64,000 nucleotides of DNA from Nannocystis bainbridge (GTDB lineage: Bacteria > Myxococcota_A > Polyangia > Nannocystales > Nannocystaceae). Every line of letters starts with the position of its first letter. Positions within the stretch are counted from its first letter, which is position 1. Made by a program: the position numbers and the translations under genes. The stretch lies in NCBI RefSeq assembly GCF_028368995.1, contig NZ_JAQNDL010000001.1, positions 608,001-672,000 of the forward strand, in the 5' to 3' direction. Positions 58,639 through 64,000 of the stretch are shown here, piece by piece. The notes beneath the pieces are model-generated. The model saw only the letters and a program-made list of their open reading frames with translations. It did not search any database and was not told where the DNA came from.

Positions 58639-60018
58639 ATGCAACGGCACCTCGCACCTCTGCTCCGGCTCGGACTCGTCGCCGCTCTCGGCGGCTGCAA
58701 CTCAGGCACGGAGACCACCGCGAACAGCGGCACCCTGACCGAAGGCGCCGCGACCGACGGCGCGAGCGACGGTTCGACGCAGGGGTCCCCGACCAACGGC
58801 AGCACCGACGCGCCGGCGACCGAGAGCGCGACGGCCAGCGAGACCGACACCACCGCCTCGGCGACCACCAGCACCGGCGAGGTCCCCACCTCCGGCGAGC
58901 TCACCACCGACGGCACCACCACGACCGACGGCACCACGACCACCGACGGCACCACCACCGACGGCACCACCACCGACGCGAGCACCACCTCCGCCGTCAG
59001 CGACAGCGACAGCACCACCACCGCCGGCACCACGACCGACGGCACCACCACGACCGGCGACGACACCACGACCGGCACCACCGGCGACGACCCGGGCGAC
59101 GTCCCCGCGTTCGTCGCCGAGTGCGACGACGACCCGGCCAACCCCGTGATCGTGACCGTCTCGGCCAACGTCTCCGCGCGCTTCCCGACGATCGTCGCCG
59201 GCCTCGCCGCTGCCAGCGACGGCTCGGTGATCGAGGTCTGCCCGGGCACCTACAGCGACAAGATCGAGGTGACCCTCGAAGTCACCCTGCGCGGCGCCGG
59301 CGCGAACAAGACGATCATCGACGGCGGCGGGTTCCACTTCAACCTCGGCGCCGGCGATGCGATCGTGGAGGGCTTCGGCTTCACCAACTGCAACGCCAAG
59401 GTCCCGAACGGCTGGAACATCCCCACCAGCGGCGCGATCAGCATGAGCGACACCTACGGCGCGCAGGAGAGCCTGACCGTCCGCGGCTGCCGCTTCTTCG
59501 ACAACAACGCCGCCTACGGCGCCGCGATGCACATCTCGGGCTCGAACAACGGCGGCAAGAACCCGGACGTCTACATCGAGGACTCGCTGTTCGAGCACAA
59601 CACCGCCACCGGCGAGGGCGGCGCGATCGCCAGCTACGGGCGCGTCCACATCACCGATTCGACCTTCGTCGAGAACACGGCCGCGACCGGCGGGGCGCTC
59701 GCGCTGTCGTACGGCTGCACCAGCGCCGGCGCCTGCGACATCACGGGCACGGTGATCAAGAAGAACCACGCCACGGGCGCCAGCCAGTACGAGGGCGGCG
59801 GCGGGATCTTCCTCGACGACTGCGGCCTGAACTGCCTCAGCGGCCTGACCGTGGTCGACTCCGACCTCGGCTTCGGCGCCGCCGAGGAGAACACCAACTA
59901 TCAAGACCTGCCGGAGGACGTGCTGATCAACGACGGCGCCGCCCCGTGGAACCGCTACGGCTGGTACTACAACGCCGTCTCGTTCGTGTGCGCGAACGGT
60001 AGCTGCGCGATGCCGTGA
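58639..60018 (+). CDS. Lipoprotein with Thr-rich stalk and right-handed beta-helix
   Basis: Lipobox ALGGC; TTTDG repeats; IEVCPGTY; FxxNxA..GGA(I/L) repeats. Confidence 0.82.
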   Translation: MQRHLAPLLRLGLVAALGGCNSGTETTANSGTLTEGAATDGASDGSTQGSPTNGSTDAPATESATASETDTTASATTSTGEVPTSGELTTDGTTTTDGTTTTDGTTTDGTTTDASTTSAVSDSDSTTTAGTTTDGTTTTGDDTTTGTTGDDPGDVPAFVAECDDDPANPVIVTVSANVSARFPTIVAGLAAASDGSVIEVCPGTYSDKIEVTLEVTLRGAGANKTIIDGGGFHFNLGAGDAIVEGFGFTNCNAKVPNGWNIPTSGAISMSDTYGAQESLTVRGCRFFDNNAAYGAAMHISGSNNGGKNPDVYIEDSLFEHNTATGEGGAIASYGRVHITDSTFVENTAATGGALALSYGCTSAGACDITGTVIKKNHATGASQYEGGGGIFLDDCGLNCLSGLTVVDSDLGFGAAEENTNYQDLPEDVLINDGAAPWNRYGWYYNAVSFVCANGSCAMP

Positions 60019-60110
60019 ACCCGGCGGCGCGCCCCCGCTGCAGCGCCTCTGCGGCCGCGGGCGCGCGGCTTCGACTTGACAGCGCTCGCGGCTGCCACAA
60101 ACAACCGGGC

Positions 60111-61295
60111 GTGACCGTCCGGTTCCCGTTTCAGCAGTGGATCACGCCGCGCCAACCGCCGGAGGTCGAGCGGCTGTTGAAGTCGGCGGCGGCGCAAGAC
60201 CACGTCGTCTCGCTGGCCGGCGGTTTGCCGGCCGACGACCTGTTCCCGCGGGCCGCTCTGGCCGAGGCGCTCGAGTCGGTCATGCGCGAGCACGGCCGCG
60301 AAGCGCTGCAGTACCAGTGGAGCGAGGGCTACGGGCCGCTGCGCGAGCAGGTCGTGGCGCTGCTGCGCGGCCGCGGCGTCGAGGTCGGCCAGGACGAGCT
60401 CCTGATCACCAGCGGCGCCCAGCAGGCGCTCGACCTGCTGGCGCGGCTTCTGCTGCGCCCGGGCGACCTGCTCGGCATCGAGTCCCCGACCTACGTCGCC
60501 GCCATCGAGGTGTTCGGGCTGCAGCGGCCGCGCATGGTCCCGCTCGCGCGCGGCGAGCACGGGCTCGACCTCGAGGCCGTGCGCGCCCTGGTGCGCGGCG
60601 AGAACCAGAGCCTGCTGTACCTCGCGCCCGCCGGCCACAACCCGAGCGGCTCGTCGCTGAGCGCCGGGGCCTGCGAAGAGCTCGTCGAGCTCAGCCGTGC
60701 GCACGACGCCTTCATCATCGAGGACGACGCCTACGGACGGATCCAGTTCGACGGCCCGCGCCCGCCGCTGCGCAGCTTCCCCGGCGCCGAGGAGCGCGTG
60801 ATCCTCGTCGGCACCTTCTCCAAGATGCTCACGCCCGGGCTGCGGGTCGGCTGGCTCGTCGCGCCGGCGGCCGTCACCGCCCAGCTCATGCTGCTCAAGG
60901 GCATCGCCGATCTGCAGACCAACACCCTCGGGCAGATGGCGCTGGCGAGCTACCTCGACCGCCATGACCTGGACGCCCACGTCGACCGTTGCCTGCCCCG
61001 CTACCGCGAGCGGCGCGACGCCCTGCTGCAGTCGCTCGCGGCCCACATGCCCGCCGGCGTGCAGTGGACCCGGCCGACCTGCGGCTTCTCGGTGTGGGTG
61101 ACCCTGCCCGCCGAGCTGGCCGCCGATTCGCTGCTGGCCCGCGCCGTCGACGATGGCGTGGCGTTCGAGCCCGGCGCCGCGTTCTTCCCGGTCGAAGCGC
61201 CGCGCAACCACCTGCGCCTGTCGTTCTCGAATCAGACCCCCGAGCGCATCGCCGAGGCCGTGGCCCGGCTCGGCGCCTCGCTGCGCGCCTCGTAG
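60111..61295 (+). CDS. PLP-dependent aminotransferase class I (MocR/LysN-like, no HTH)
   Basis: SLAGGLP, SGAQQAL, HNPSG, EDDAY, GTFSKMLTPGLRVGW, LRLSFS. Confidence 0.92.
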   Translation: MTVRFPFQQWITPRQPPEVERLLKSAAAQDHVVSLAGGLPADDLFPRAALAEALESVMREHGREALQYQWSEGYGPLREQVVALLRGRGVEVGQDELLITSGAQQALDLLARLLLRPGDLLGIESPTYVAAIEVFGLQRPRMVPLARGEHGLDLEAVRALVRGENQSLLYLAPAGHNPSGSSLSAGACEELVELSRAHDAFIIEDDAYGRIQFDGPRPPLRSFPGAEERVILVGTFSKMLTPGLRVGWLVAPAAVTAQLMLLKGIADLQTNTLGQMALASYLDRHDLDAHVDRCLPRYRERRDALLQSLAAHMPAGVQWTRPTCGFSVWVTLPAELAADSLLARAVDDGVAFEPGAAFFPVEAPRNHLRLSFSNQTPERIAEAVARLGASLRAS

Positions 61296-62064
61296 CGGCC
61301 CTCGAAACGACGTCGCTACGCCCATGAGAGAGCTGCTGTTCGGCGCGCCACCGGACGCAGGCTCCTTCTCCGTCGACGACGACGCCCGCTCCATCACGCG
61401 GCCTCGTGGACCCTCGCCGGTGAGGGTCGTTTCGACCGTTACGGCGCCGACATGAGCTGACCGGCCGCCGCCCCATGAATGCGCGCATCGTTCATTCACG
61501 GCCTCGTGTATGCCGCGACATGCGTCAGAAATGTGCTGACGTGGATCTACGGTTCGCGCCACCCAGGGGGGACGCGGCCCCGCGACGGACCCTTTTGCCC
61601 CCACCCGCCGCTGCGACACGCCATCCTTATAGAAGGATGACGCCCATCCGTCTCCGATCGCGCGCCGGTGATCGCACGCCGGGCGACCGGCCCGCGGTCC
61701 GCCCGCGGTGAAAACCCAACAGCACCCTCGCACACGGCGATTCGCGCTATTTAAGCGAATCCCGACGCCGCCGCTATGACCAATCGTTCATGCCCCGAAT
61801 GACATGTCCTTCCCGCCACGAATGGCCTGTCGGCGCGGAACGGCGCCGCCGCGGAACGGCGAGAGATCTCCGGCGCGCGGATCCGCGGTGTGCACAATCA
61901 TCCGCGAATCGGGCCTTGGCCTGCGGGCCGGTCGGTTAATGTTCGAATCGGCGATCGTTATCGACCTGCGGACCCGCGATTCGCTCGCCAGCGAGCCGAT
62001 CGTCGCCCATGCAGTACGCGGATTCCCTATTACGCCTCGAATCGACGTCCACTAATCTCGTTCC

Positions 62065-64000
62065 ATGGCCGTCCGTCGTGGGATCAGCATCCTCGATCTG
62101 TTGCCGCAAACCACCGGGGTCGCGTTGCAGATCCCCGATGGCATCGTCGAGCAGATCGGCATCCTCACGATCTTGGACCATCGGTCCACCACCAGCGACG
62201 ACTACTTCCTCCACGAGGGCACGCTGCAGTCGATCGCCGACGCGCTCGACCTCGACACCTCCGACTGGGCGCTGCGGATCCCCGGCCTGACGCACGGGCT
62301 CCCGTTCCGGCTGGCGATTCGCCGGCCTGGGGCCCCGCCGGCGGGCCAGCAGGAGGGCGAGCCGTCGCTGTGGACCATCGACATCCAGGTGTGGGACGTC
62401 GAGGTCTTGCTCCCGGGCGTACGGCCGGCGCGGCCGGTCGGTGGCACGGGCGTCACCCCGCTCACGCTCGAGCCGCTGGTCCGGCCCCCGCCGGCGGACC
62501 GCGTCTATTTGGTCGCGCGCGGCGTCGTACGGATCAGCGGCGGCGGGGCGGGCGGCACCCAGGTCCAGGTCGTCGATTCACCGGACCCGCTCGATCCGAC
62601 CGCCCCGACCGGCGCCGTCATTCGCCTCACCGCGCGGCCGCCGAGCTTCCTGTTCGGCAGCTCGCAATACGGCATGACGCTCGATCAATTCGTCATCGAT
62701 TTGAGCAGCACCTATACCCCCGCCGAGATCATGGCGCGCGGCCACGACGAGGCCTGGCAGGGCCTCGCCTTCAAAGAGACCACCTTTTACTTTCCGCCCG
62801 AGACCCCGCTCGTCCACAGCCTCTCGGTCAGCGCCCGCGACGTGATCCTCGGCGATCCGGGCGGCCTCCAGGGCGAGCTGCGGATCGAGTTCGGCCAGGA
62901 CTTCGCCGACGTTTACAACAGCCGGCTGGCGATCAAGCAGCAGCAGGGCACCGGCGAGGTCGAAGTCCCCGAGACCACGATCCCGCCGAAGGGCACCGCG
63001 CTCGAGTACGCGATCGCCGTCGGCCCCGGCGGCGAATCGCAGCGGCTGCGCGCCGTGTTCGAAGTCGGCGCCGGCGAGCTCATCCCCGGTCACACCGACC
63101 TCGCCGTCGTCGGCGTGTGGTGGAAGCTGCCGGACGACACCGAGGGCACCACCCCCACCACCCCATGGTTCGAGGGGCCCGCCTCCGGCCGCTTGCGCTA
63201 CCGCCTGCGGGTCGGCCATCCCAGCACCGCCGACAACACCGCGACCCCGCCGACCGCCATCCCGGCCGATCAGCGTGAGCTCGTCGAGGTGAGCGTCAGC
63301 TTCCCGCGCCAGGCCGGCGGGCCGACCGGCACCGGCCCGCTCGTCGACGCCACGATCGGCGCCGACACCCTCAACAACGTGCTGCACCTGCGCGGCCCGC
63401 GAGAGCTGCTGGCGACCGTCAACTTGCAGCTGCGCAGCGGCACCGGTGACTGGACCCTCGGCACCGGCGGCGCGCCGACCAGCCGCACCGGCGTCGCCTC
63501 GTTCGCCCTGCCGCTCTTGCCCGTCGGCACCACCACCGTCGACCTCGTCGTCAGCAACAGCGACGGCAGCCGGCGCGTGCGCATCGACGTCGTGCCGACC
63601 GGCCCGATCGCCGTCGGTCACCAGAGCACCGCCGTCAACGCCTCGCCGTCGCGGGTCACCGTGGTGGGCACCGGCCCCGCCACCCCGACCGCGGTCATCG
63701 ACACCTTCCTCGCCACCCCCTTCCACAAGCGCGCCGAGCGGCCCGCCGCGCCGAACTCGGCCACGATCGCCGCCGCCGACATCACAGTCCCGCAGGGCGC
63801 CGACGCCGAGGTCGAGGTCCCGGTCCCGACCGGCGCCACCGATCCGCCGCCGCAGCCGGTGCTGCCCAACGAGACCCCGCGGGTCGTGCAGGTCCAGTAC
63901 GCCTGGGATCAGAACACCCCGATCCGCGTGCTCTACCCCTACGCCGGCAGCTCGACCGCGGGCGCCGGACTGCACGAGCCCGACGCCCACCCGCTCGCGC
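62065..64000 (+). CDS. N-terminus of a large hypothetical protein running off the window (absent from ORF track)
   Basis: ATG 62065 MAVRRGISILDLLPQ...FVIDLSSTYTPAEIMARGHDEAWQGLAF...; I saw no in-frame stop before the window end; strong GC3 bias. Confidence 0.75.
   Translation, partial: MAVRRGISILDLLPQTTGVALQIPDGIVEQIGILTILDHRSTTSDDYFLHEGTLQSIADALDLDTSDWALRIPGLTHGLPFRLAIRRPGAPPAGQQEGEPSLWTIDIQVWDVEVLLPGVRPARPVGGTGVTPLTLEPLVRPPPADRVYLVARGVVRISGGGAGGTQVQVVDSPDPLDPTAPTGAVIRLTARPPSFLFGSSQYGMTLDQFVIDLSSTYTPAEIMARGHDEAWQGLAFKETTFYFPPETPLVHSLSVSARDVILGDPGGLQGELRIEFGQDFADVYNSRLAIKQQQGTGEVEVPETTIPPKGTALEYAIAVGPGGESQRLRAVFEVGAGELIPGHTDLAVVGVWWKLPDDTEGTTPTTPWFEGPASGRLRYRLRVGHPSTADNTATPPTAIPADQRELVEVSVSFPRQAGGPTGTGPLVDATIGADTLNNVLHLRGPRELLATVNLQLRSGTGDWTLGTGGAPTSRTGVASFALPLLPVGTTTVDLVVSNSDGSRRVRIDVVPTGPIAVGHQSTAVNASPSRVTVVGTGPATPTAVIDTFLATPFHKRAERPAAPNSATIAAADITVPQGADAEVEVPVPTGATDPPPQPVLPNETPRVVQVQYAWDQNTPIRVLYPYAGSSTAGAGLHEPDAHPLA

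Noticed and set aside
58900-59090. ACC/GAC-rich tandem repeats (also near 28930-29105 and 43780-43880)
   Set aside because: Low-complexity Thr/Asp linkers of lipoproteins, not independent DNA elements

Overview
GC-rich, gene-dense bacterial DNA that looks myxobacterial, probably Nannocystaceae-like. That is an inference from the many Thr/Asp-linker lipoproteins, the ADYC, MYXO-CTERM-like and AgmX-type domains, several Ser/Thr kinases and a CYP51. About 48 genes can be supported. I saw no rRNA, tRNA, transposase or CRISPR-cas. Highlights: (1) a candidate extracellular-DNA foraging locus at 1.6-12.7 kb, with a ComEA-type HhH outer-membrane barrel, two lamin-tail-domain lipoprotein/thermonuclease pairs, thymidine kinase, NupC and a 2OG-Fe(II) oxygenase; (2) a hidden selenoprotein candidate at 32471-32857 (-), with an in-frame TGA followed by an fdhF-like SECIS hairpin; (3) a window-wide palindromic motif, GGACATGTCC / TGTCC-N4-GGACA, in arrays on a 14-bp lattice, with the longest arrays at gene junctions; (4) a stand-alone RNA polymerase beta-prime clamp-like domain fused to an unrelated C-terminus; (5) a CYP51-EXPERA-Rieske sterol-tailoring operon; (6) a lipoprotein with two truncated-globin domains. 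All calls come from motif recognition by eye; no searches were run, and several starts were trimmed from the ORF track.
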